In this document: positions 50,002-58,761 of the stretch, one piece after another
Layout: every line of letters begins with the position of its first letter
How positions within the stretch are numbered: the first letter of the stretch is position 1
DNA from: Eutreptiella sp. 'Long Island Sound 2002'
Lineage: Eukaryota; Protista; Euglenida
Reading direction: 5' to 3'
Assembly (NCBI GenBank): GCA_964036045.1
Contig: OZ038379.1
Coordinates: 1,798,001-1,862,000, forward strand
DNA length: 64,000 nucleotides
Made by a program: the position numbers and the translations under genes
Notes under the pieces: model-generated
What the model was told of the DNA's origin: nothing
Seen by the model: the letters and a program-made list of their open reading frames with translations, nothing else
Databases searched by the model: none

Positions 50002-52212
50002 AACGGCTTCTTCATGGTGAACGCCCAACCGTCCCGCGTGCCATCCGTCTTGGTGGCTCGCATGACCTGGGTGTGGGCCAACTTCGTCAACGCCCCACCG
50101 TGTGGGGAGTGCAGATTCGTGAGGCACCCGAGGCATTGTTGAAGTGCATCCCATCGGCACCCTCAGGTGCAACCGGACCGAGGCGGCGCATCCATACATC
50201 ACCACCCATCCCGAGAGCCGAAACAGGATAAGAGGGTCTGAAGGGTGAACAAACAAGAAGAGGAGAGATGATAATTCTTCTGGGAGAATGGAGAAACATA
50301 GGTTTAGGTTTTGTATATTTATTTATCCTACTACGCACGGACATGCACCGAGTTGCAAGCGAGAACTTTGCTTATTTCTGATTGAAGCTTTTTGTTGAAA
50401 TGCGGGCCTACAAATGCAAGCTGTCACGAAGTGCCAAGAGGCACATTTCCATAACCTCTTTGTTCTAAGCAGTCATGTGTCCGTGGGCACCAGATGTCGA
50501 GTATGATTGTTGCTTGACGGAACCCTATGTAAGTGACACATACCCGAAATGACGACTATCAAGCGAATGGCACAGCAAGGCAACCCAAAACTTTCCCCGA
50601 TCCATGCAACAATATGTAAAAACACAGATAAACATCAATAAACATCAATACACAGCGATTCTCTCCCAAAAACGGGCGTTTTTTCGAAAATAAACGTATA
50701 AACATGTTCATTTTCCATTTGACTAGCGACTAGAATAGCAGTTAATTAAAGCCTGCCCACTCGGCAGGCGGTGGGGCACCCATGGCCCCCCCGCAGCCGG
50801 GGGCACAGACAAACTTCCTTCTTGAGGCCATCCATTCCCCGCCCTCACTATAAGTGCACGGGGGCAGCCGGCAAAGGAGCCATCGCGTTGATGTCCCCTA
50901 GGTCGGGCTCCAGGCACAAGAGGGCCTGGAGGACCTCCTCCGCCACCCGGGTCCAGAGGGCCCAGAGGCGGTTGACGTGCCCCCCATCCCCAACACTGCA
51001 TGCCAACGCTATTGCAAGGGGTCCACCAGCCAAGATCCAAGCCATGCCTATTCGTCCCGTGGTACAGGAGCCATGGGGCGCAGCCGGACAAACTCCAGCA
51101 CCCGCTGTCACGCCTCCCACAGGTGCCGGTCGAAGCAGCCCACTGATGGCCGGGGATATCCCCCGAAGGGAGGGGACAGACCCGCAGCAACAGCGGCGCG
51201 TGCCAACCAGCAAACCATCATTGCGGGAGGGTTGCTACATCCCCAGCCCAAGATGCGAGCAGAGGGGGGGCCGGCCCGCCAGCGCCGCAAGCTCCGCGTC
51301 GGAGACGCCGCGCAAGGAGTGGGGCCAGCACCCCAGGGGGGACTTAGTGGAGGTGGTCTAGCAAGAATTTGAGGACCCCGCCAACCCCTTGGGGCACCAC
51401 ATATTCAAGGGCGCGCTCCCAGGCCGCGTGGTTCAGCTCCGGCTGGGAAGGGACCCGATAGATGGCCTGCACGTGGAGGATGTTGGCCCATGTGCCAAGG
51501 CCAACCAAGACATGGCACCACCGCACGGAGTGCCACAGCTCTGACGCCGTGTCGCTGTCAAGAGCCCCGGCACGGGGCTTCTCCTCCCGCACAGGGTGCC
51601 CTTGGAGAACCAGGACTCCAATGCCGCCCAGGGGGCAATCCCATATGCCCCCGCCCCGGGATTGCAGCGGAGCGCCCCAAAAGGCCTGCCAACCTGCCTC
51701 CCGCGCCCACGGTGCCATGACGCGCTGCCCTATCGCCGTGAGGTGTGTCTCTGGCAAGAGCAGGACACCCGCCTCCTGAGCAAAGACGGTATCCAAGTGC
51801 GCGCGGAGCGACGTCACATTGGCCACCGCAATGCGTAGCGGTCCCTGGGTGCGGGTGGATGTCTCCACACCGCCAGCCACCAGCACCCCACACACCTCGC
51901 GCGCACTGCGCCGGCCCGCGGGGGATTGGGGGGACACACAACAGCAATTTTGGGGCTTTGGGGGGCCCATGGCTCGGGCTACATGGGCCTAGCGGCCACT
52001 ACGTGGGTCCCCACGGGTGCTCAAATACCCGTATTGTCACCATATGATCACCCAAACCCATCATTGGGGCAACGGAAGGGTTGGATTTTCAAGGAAAAAA
52101 TCAGGTGCCACTAATTAGCCCATCCAGCGCGAAAACCGGCAAGGACCCATAGGGGGCGTCAACCAGGGGTACCCGGAGTTTGGACCAGGTACCCCCGCCA
52201 TGGGTTAGGGGG

Positions 52213-54525
52213 TCAATAGACAAGAAAAAAGTTGTTCAGGACCCAGGTCCAAATCCACACACAGTGGCCGCAACAGGCAAAGAAGCTTTGACGCCCCCCG
52301 ACCCCTCCCAGCCCCCCAAAATGGGGTACCTGGTTTACCACAGGCAAGAAGCAAAAAGCAAATCTGGCAGACAGACATCTCGACACCGAACGCAACATTG
52401 CATGCTGGATCTTTAACCGGGTGGATGCCTTCAGCGGAACAAGCTGGGCAGACGCCACCTCACTGTCTGTCACTAACAGCAAACAATCCCAATGCAAATG
52501 TAAGGCGAGCCACACCGCCCAGCATAACCCCGCCAACTCCGCCGTCTGTTGCGTATGACGCGCTATGGGCACCACCCAAGATAGGGCTCCCATCTGCGGC
52601 GAAAACCCCCCCACCCTGTACGAAAACAGGTCCCACGCCGCGTCCACGCACCAGCACCATGGCCTCAGGCGTTGAAAAAGTTCAGGTACAGGGGAGCGGG
52701 AAAGCGAAACAAACTGCCGCGCCCTCTCCCAAGGCAAAGCTCTATAAGGTTGAGCACACAAGCACAAAGTAGAGGCCAACACATGCAGGATCTTCACAGG
52801 CACGTTCCTGTCATGGTCGCCCCACCGGACCCAACAATACGCGCCCGCCAGCAAGGGCACGGAGGTCAACCGCGGCCGGATGTGCCACTGGAGGAAGCCC
52901 AGCAATTTCTCCATCAGCTTGGGCCCTGGCATGGGGGATACCGCCAACCTTAACCACACAGCCAAAATCTGCAACCACGCGCGTCTGTGGCTATAAACCA
53001 TACGGTGCTGTAAGTCCAAAAACTTTCCCAGCACAAACAAATGTTGCACCGGTTCCAAAGTGGACTTATCAGAGACGATAAACTCATTCTCAACCAGCAA
53101 ACGCACACACTCCTGGGTGGTGCCGTGTAGCAAGGGACTATCGGCCGAAACTAGGACGAAGTCGTCCAAGTAATGCAGTAACTCCACACTCCGTGGGATG
53201 TGTAGTCGCAACAAGTCCCCCAGGATGCGCTGGCAGAGGTATGGCGAAAACTTCCAGCCAAAAGGCAATCGCGTCGCCCCCACAACCGGTCCTCCCAGGC
53301 GTATCCTAGCCCGGAAAGCCGTGTCTACGCCCTCCGGCAGGACAAAACTCCAAAAGGCGTTGGTCAGGTCTATATGTGTGGCATATAGCCGCTGCCCGGG
53401 CGGCGTCTGGTTTAACAGTCGGCAAATACCCTCCCAGGAGGGTAAGGCAAAATGGGGGGGATCCGGGGACTCCTCATTTAACCCCACGCAAGACAGTATA
53501 AAGCTGACCTTGCGCGACGACTTAGGGATAATGAAAGGAAAAACCGACGGTGTAGTACCGTCAGGGAGCTCCCTGAAAATGCCCGGATGCTCAACAGCGG
53601 CAAAAAACTGACCGACCAACCCCGACACCCGACCCGCCCCGCCCTGCGGATCTCGCTCCACGTCGTAACCCGCCGCACACCCCAAAAAGTCGGCCGGCAC
53701 GACCTCCCTCCACAAACTATCCGGGATCCGGTACGACCCCACGGCCCCCAGCCCGCGCTGGACCACCTCCGGGACCACCGCCGCGAGCGACGGCTTGGGC
53801 GACGTATTCAAGTGAAGCAACGCCTCCCATGCCGGTTCGGCAAACTCGCACGGTGCCAGACAAATCACATCCAGTGCAAAACCCAGGGCGAAGTCCTCAG
53901 CCACCCGGAAAACCCTATCCACAAACAACTCAATCCGCTGCAAAAGTAAAGGCCCTGGCGCTGACAGCTTGCGCTGTAGCCAGCACGCCGACCCCGACAA
54001 CAGGGCGAGCACCCGGGCATACAGGGGCAGTGCCATCAGGAACCGCGGGACAACCGGCGGATCGCCGCCGTCCCTAGGGAACTCCGGGCCCGGTAGGCCG
54101 GGGGGGGAGCCGCCCACCAACCCATCCCCCCCCCCCACCCCCAGGCCCTCTACTCCTGCCAAAACCACCGTCCCATGCGTCCGCAACTCCTCCACCGTCG
54201 CGGACGTCTCCCCAGGCGGCCGCCAGGCATATGAGTTACCCAACCCCCACGGGGGGTGCCCCACATCCACCGCCTGCTCCGACGGCCGATCCCCTGCCAC
54301 CGCCAACCGCCACCGCCATGACCACCGTCCGCCACCCTCGACCAACTTGCGCAACGCCCATAATCTCGCCGTGTCATCATCCGCGGCCCGGGCGGGGGCG
54401 GAGTGCGCGGCGTTAGACGCGTCGCAGCCGACAGCCACGGCGCCCAACCGCCCACGCGCAGACGACCCCGCCCCCTCCACGGACCTCGCGGGTGGCACGG
54501 GCACATCATGAAGATCGGGCGCCAA
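52213..54525 (-). CDS. Reverse transcriptase-RNase H (DIRS-type)
   Basis: Motifs FPFIIPK, HIDLTNAFWS, RLPFGWKFSP, YLDD (53161-53172), FVLGKFLD; RNase H VDAA, QQTAEL, LVTDSE. There is no stop inside the element: the last ~40 codons are host repeat. Confidence 0.92.
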   Translation of the reverse strand: MAPDLHDVPVPPARSVEGAGSSARGRLGAVAVGCDASNAAHSAPARAADDDTARLWALRKLVEGGGRWSWRWRLAVAGDRPSEQAVDVGHPPWGLGNSYAWRPPGETSATVEELRTHGTVVLAGVEGLGVGGGDGLVGGSPPGLPGPEFPRDGGDPPVVPRFLMALPLYARVLALLSGSACWLQRKLSAPGPLLLQRIELFVDRVFRVAEDFALGFALDVICLAPCEFAEPAWEALLHLNTSPKPSLAAVVPEVVQRGLGAVGSYRIPDSLWREVVPADFLGCAAGYDVERDPQGGAGRVSGLVGQFFAAVEHPGIFRELPDGTTPSVFPFIIPKSSRKVSFILSCVGLNEESPDPPHFALPSWEGICRLLNQTPPGQRLYATHIDLTNAFWSFVLPEGVDTAFRARIRLGGPVVGATRLPFGWKFSPYLCQRILGDLLRLHIPRSVELLHYLDDFVLVSADSPLLHGTTQECVRLLVENEFIVSDKSTLEPVQHLFVLGKFLDLQHRMVYSHRRAWLQILAVWLRLAVSPMPGPKLMEKLLGFLQWHIRPRLTSVPLLAGAYCWVRWGDHDRNVPVKILHVLASTLCLCAQPYRALPWERARQFVSLSRSPVPELFQRLRPWCWCVDAAWDLFSYRVGGFSPQMGALSWVVPIARHTQQTAELAGLCWAVWLALHLHWDCLLLVTDSEVASAQLVPLKASTRLKIQHAMLRSVSRCLSARFAFCFLPVVNQVPHFGGLGGVGGRQSFFACCGHCVWIWTWVLNNFFLVY

Positions 54526-54585
54526 CGCCCCCCCCCCCCCGCTCCCACCAGAGGTGGCGGAAATCCCACGACTGGGGGCAAAACC

Positions 54586-56175
54586 CTAACCAACCGCGGG
54601 CCACTTACGGGGCGGACACTCCGTAACCTCGCGACCCCGCCTCCTGGGTACAAGGCGCTGCGGCCTAACGGTCGGGGTAACCGCATCGGAGCCACCCACC
54701 CGGGACGGGGAAGGCACACGGTACTGCCGGACAGGGGGAGGGGGGGGCGCGTACTGCTGTCGCCGTGATCCCGGATCCTGCGGTCGTTTGCGTGACCCCA
54801 GCCCCCCAGCACCGGGCGCGCCAACCCTGAAGGCATCAACCGGAGCAGCGACGCTCCCCATGTTCGGCACACACTCCTTAACTCTACGAACTCCCGATCC
54901 ATCTCCAACGTCTTCATCCGAGTCAGAGTCGGACAGGACGATGACTTCAGGGGGCAGCCCAGGAGAAGCGGACTGGGCGCAGGCCGGGGAAGGGGAAGTT
55001 AGTCGTGGCTCCGATGGAGGTCCTGGGACGGCTGGGGATGGGCACGGCTGGGGGCCGTCGACGGCAGCGGCACCGACGCTATGCTCTTCCCGAACGTCCT
55101 CCACCAGAGTACTTCCAGTAGGCCCAAGAAGAGGCGGTGGGCTCGGGTGCGGCGGGTCCATGGGAGGCTCCGCAAACCGTGAGAGGTCGTACATAGCCAT
55201 ACCCCACAGAGCCGCAGGTAGCACCGTACCGCGTGGGCCCAGACCCACAGCCTCGTTAACATGCGGCAGCACCAGATCGCCCACCACCTCCGGATCTCGA
55301 AACCCCGGGGCGTAACCCATGGCGGTACGCAAGCCAGCCCACCGCCCCCAGAAGAGGAAGTACTGTGCGGCGGGCTTGCGTACCCAGCATGCCGCGGAAC
55401 CTCCCCTTCTGAGGGCATGCCAGCGAGCATCAGCCCACTGGGTGTCGCGGAGCAGGCGGCCGATGGTGTCCTCGAGGAAGGGGGCCCCTCCCTCGAAAAC
55501 GGGCTCGTCAGGCTGCTTCCCCTTAGCTTGGCAGTAGACTCGGAGGAATTCCATCCAGGATCTTGCGTAAGCTGCGGCCGGTCGACAGACCCATCCGGGC
55601 TCTCCCACCTTGGTGCTGTAGAACCAGAGGCCCTCCTTGCGGTCAAGGTCACAACACCGGATGGAGGCGGCCTCTCCAACCCGGAGCCACATCGTCCACG
55701 ACAGGGCCGCCAGCGCCGCGACCGCCCGATCGTCCGGCGCGGTGGCCGCAATCCAGACGTGCACAAAGGCTCGAGGCGACACGTACGCCTGCGGGCCGGG
55801 GCCTCTTCCCGACTTTGCAATGCGCCAGTGGAGGGCCGCCACAATCCAGGGGACCAATGCCAAATCCTCCGCAGCGCGGACGGCAGACGCCAGTCCGCGC
55901 AACCCGGATGCAGAGTAGCCATCGGCTGCACGCTCCGCCATGCAGAGGGAGAGGATTTCTGGCAGGGGCCTAGCCGGGATGCATGCTTCGAACTCCGCCA
56001 GCTGGTGGATAGCCGACCCATACCGCTGCCTTGTGCGCTGCTTCCAGGATTGCATGGCCGCCACTCGAGGGTAGGCCCGCTCGTCCGATTTCGCCAGTTG
56101 CTCCCAAGCGGATGCCAAGCCTGCAAAGCTGGCAACAAACCCGGACGCAACCTCCGGGGCAACCGCCGCGGGCAC
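54586..56175 (-). CDS. Tyrosine recombinase
   Basis: The full catalytic set is present: LRVGE (R), STK (K), WHALRR (H-x-x-R), GRW (W), AMGY (Y). The true start is uncertain: GTG 56175, the first ATG (MQSWK), or readthrough from gag. Confidence 0.92.
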   Translation of the reverse strand: MPAAVAPEVASGFVASFAGLASAWEQLAKSDERAYPRVAAMQSWKQRTRQRYGSAIHQLAEFEACIPARPLPEILSLCMAERAADGYSASGLRGLASAVRAAEDLALVPWIVAALHWRIAKSGRGPGPQAYVSPRAFVHVWIAATAPDDRAVAALAALSWTMWLRVGEAASIRCCDLDRKEGLWFYSTKVGEPGWVCRPAAAYARSWMEFLRVYCQAKGKQPDEPVFEGGAPFLEDTIGRLLRDTQWADARWHALRRGGSAACWVRKPAAQYFLFWGRWAGLRTAMGYAPGFRDPEVVGDLVLPHVNEAVGLGPRGTVLPAALWGMAMYDLSRFAEPPMDPPHPSPPPLLGPTGSTLVEDVREEHSVGAAAVDGPQPCPSPAVPGPPSEPRLTSPSPACAQSASPGLPPEVIVLSDSDSDEDVGDGSGVRRVKECVPNMGSVAAPVDAFRVGAPGAGGLGSRKRPQDPGSRRQQYAPPPPPVRQYRVPSPSRVGGSDAVTPTVRPQRLVPRRRGREVTECPPRKWPAVG

Positions 56176-56235
56176 TGCCCGCGAGCAGAAGGCCGCCCGC
56201 CGACCGCCCCACCCGCCCCCAGCAGGGTCGTCCAG

Positions 56236-56910
56236 TCAGGCCCAGTGTGGGCACTGAAAGTGCCAGTGCCTGGGGGCAGTGGTCTCGGGGCTGTGGGCCT
56301 TGCAGCGGCGGCATTCCCCCGGCGCAGGGGCGGACACAGGGACTTTCCGTCCCGAGGCATTAACCCATTTGAGGACGCCTCCCTCACGCACGAACCGAAC
56401 CCCTCGCCACCGAAACGAATCCGTCGGGTGGGCGGAGGCCTGAGACCACTGGAGGGCATCCGACTGCTTGCCCTCGGCTGATTCGGCATCTTCGCGGGCT
56501 CGTTGTCGTCCTTCATATGCCTTGTGGCTGTCCCATAGGGTGTCCCAGACACGGTTCGCCAGAACCTCCCCGGGAGTCAGGTCCTCGGTGCCCTCCATGT
56601 CCGCTCTAGGCACCTGCTGCACGTACTGCTCCAGGGACTCCGCGGTTTGCTTCATCCACCCGGCCAGGCGCTCACGGCCACGGAACTCCGCCAAGGCCTC
56701 CGTCGTGAGCCGTGGCGTCTTGGGTGAGGCCAGCTCCGCCTTCTCGAGCCTCCTGCGAAGGCCCTCCAATTCTGCTGCCTGTTGCCGGACCAAGGCCTCC
56801 AGGTCGGGATTCGTCTGCGAAGAAGGGGACGGTCCAACCGACGGCTCCACGCCGCGATTGTCCGAATCCTTCGGGGGGCTGGCCGACTTGTTGGGGGTGA
56901 AAAGGTTCAT
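56236..56910 (-). CDS. gag-like protein (224 aa): coiled coil plus C-terminal CCHC knuckle
   Basis: ATG at 56910 follows a pyrimidine-rich leader. LEALVRQQAAELEGLRRRLEKAEL is a coiled coil; CRRC-x11-H-x4-C lies at the C-terminus. Confidence 0.7.
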   Translation of the reverse strand: MNLFTPNKSASPPKDSDNRGVEPSVGPSPSSQTNPDLEALVRQQAAELEGLRRRLEKAELASPKTPRLTTEALAEFRGRERLAGWMKQTAESLEQYVQQVPRADMEGTEDLTPGEVLANRVWDTLWDSHKAYEGRQRAREDAESAEGKQSDALQWSQASAHPTDSFRWRGVRFVREGGVLKWVNASGRKVPVSAPAPGECRRCKAHSPETTAPRHWHFQCPHWA

Positions 56911-58467
56911 GGTACAAAAAACAGAAAGTAAAAACACACTGCCTGAGAGGGGAAGAGGGGGAGGTAAACCAACGGTGACAAGCACCGTGAGGTTAGGGGG
57001 GGGAGGGGGGGGGTCAAAATTGAAAAATTCATTAGAGATCATTTTCTGTCCTAACATGATGATTTTACAAGGGGTTAGACGTCTGATACCATATCTTGGG
57101 CTATGCTACGGAAACGGCCCCAAAGGGGGGGGGGGTATATGACGCCCGTGCCTGCACTTGATGTAACAACCCTCTTCGAGGTGATTTTGCTGGATGATGG
57201 CAACGAGTATGAAGGACAACCACATAACGTTTGAGTAAGAAACTCAACAGTGGAGGCCAGGGGTTGGGTGCTGTAAATGTAGGTGGCAAGTTCCAAAAAC
57301 TGTCAAAAATGGCCAAAAAGTGCCGCAGTGACGCAGTGGCAGTTTGTGGTGAATTGAACATATAGGCAGTCAGCACCATGAGGCAGCCCCCAGCAAATCA
57401 TAGAGGCTTGTTACAAAAAGGCAGAAAGAAATCCGGATGTGTCCGGTACAGCCAATGCAACCTAATCTACCCAATGTGCTGTCCGTTGTGCATTGGGTCT
57501 CAATTCTTTTCTGTGGTGAAATGAGGTATGAGCAGATTTTCTGGTGTGCCACTGTTGCCGTATGTCAGCTTGTGTTCGTGAGCCGGAGGTACGGAAGGTG
57601 CTTCTACTGCCGTCCGCTCCCATGCCGGCGCCGGCAGGCTTCAAATCAAGTCTGTCCCAAGACGTTGAAAGTCGGAGGGTGCTCTCCACATCTGATGTGT
57701 GAAATGTAGCACAGGGCCAGGGGATTCCGGATCATCAGGTGTGACACATCAGTGGTGCACAGCATCCAGGAAGCGGCGGCGTGGGGCGGCGCAAAGGTGA
57801 GGTGGATGTGCTGGTTGACAGCTCTGTTGTAACGCCGGCAACTGCAAGAATCGCAGCGCAGACTTCCGGGTGGTCACTCCCAGCTTTGCCTGTAGCTGTT
57901 CCGTCCATTCCTCACTCCCCTGGGCTCTCTTGACTTTGGCTAGCCGCTGTACCGCTTGTGGATAATGGTGATGCCGGATGAGTGACTCATACACACTTGC
58001 TCCAGTTTTGTGGAGGGAACCCTCCGTTTGACTGTGGACGGCCGATCTTATGCGACAACAGCAACTCTGCTGTTCGCCTTTAACCAGGTCTGAGTCCGTT
58101 CCTGTGTTGACCAGACTCGTGAGCAGACAAGGGGTGGGGGTCAGGAGGTGCCCAGCAAGGCAAAACAAGCAAAGCCACTACGCACACTCGGCACCAAGCG
58201 AATTCGGCGAGTTGTTGTATGTACAGGAACTACAAATGGCTGAAAGATATATACCGAGTGTGGAGCCTCTGGAAGGCGGACCCTGTTTGACAGGGCTGTC
58301 CACCGGGAGCTACCGGGAGCAATTCAAGGGGTGCGGGGGGTTTGACACATAGGAGTTGGGGGAGGTGGATAGCACGTGGTTGGAGTGCGATTGTGCCAAC
58401 AGATTTGACGCGCACACCGACAGGCATTGGCGTGCAAGTTCGTGGAAATACTTGGTGCAGGACATGA

Positions 58468-58761
58468 TTAGAACAAGCGCCCAGGGCCTTGGAGCCGCGT
58501 GACGGAGTCACGGAGTCCCAACTCAGCCAGCTGCAGGCGGCGGGCTGTCGTCCGCGCGGTCAGTATCGCTGGCCGGATCTCAAGGGCTACCCCCAGCGCT
58601 GGGAGGGGATTGATGAGTGTTGCAACCCATATGGCATATGCATTCGGGCTGTCGGGGGGTGGACCGAGCTCCGCCAGCAGCCGGTCCAACTGCCCTGGCT
58701 CGCGCTCACAGTTCGTACAACGCACAAGCTCGATCCACGTCGAAACAAGCTCACGGAGCAC
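58468..58761 (-). CDS. Exon 2 of a plastid-targeted LON-N (PUA-like substrate-binding) domain protein
   Basis: The acceptor gctgctgcccttcAG|GTG at 58762 is phase 0. It encodes VLRELVSTWIELVR...EREPGQLD...WVATLINPLPALGVALEIRPA...RLF-stop. Confidence 0.8.
   Translation of the reverse strand: MLRELVSTWIELVRCTNCEREPGQLDRLLAELGPPPDSPNAYAIWVATLINPLPALGVALEIRPAILTARTTARRLQLAELGLRDSVTRLQGPGRLF

Larger units (their letters stand above)
41336..51935 (-). mobile_element. APE-type non-LTR retrotransposon (LINE), 5'-truncated and degenerate, with nested insertions (~41640-45190 and ~48410-50750)
   Basis: A 19-bp direct repeat ACACAACAGCAATTTTGGG at 41317-41335 and 51936-51954 is the TSD. Motifs: APE (IAVANVTSL...LLLPETHL, 51.4-51.85 kb), RT (ALIPK..RPVTI, DYAKCFD, LLQGCPL, YADD at 46687-46698) and C-terminal CCHC-like PFCG..EDEVDVLWECP. 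Confidence 0.88.
52332..56994 (-). mobile_element. Tyrosine-recombinase (DIRS-order) retrotransposon of VIPER/TATE-like gene order, apparently full-length
   Basis: Contains gag-like, YR and RT/RNaseH ORFs in that order. GGTT lies at both junctions (52332-35 and 56991-94). Removing the element restores repeat family A (aaatggggtacctGGTTagggg...gggtcaaaat). Confidence 0.92.

Noticed and set aside
48410-50750. Insert in the LINE as a Helitron or TTAA-type element
   Set aside because: No convincing TC...CTRR termini with a hairpin, TIRs or TSD could be fixed. It is left as an unclassified insertion.
54150-57142. Long overlapping ORFs (54999-56552, 55261-56481, 54150-54917, 53969-54511, 56468-57142)
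   Set aside because: These are shadow frames of the GC-rich YR element, with no motifs and R/P/G-biased composition.
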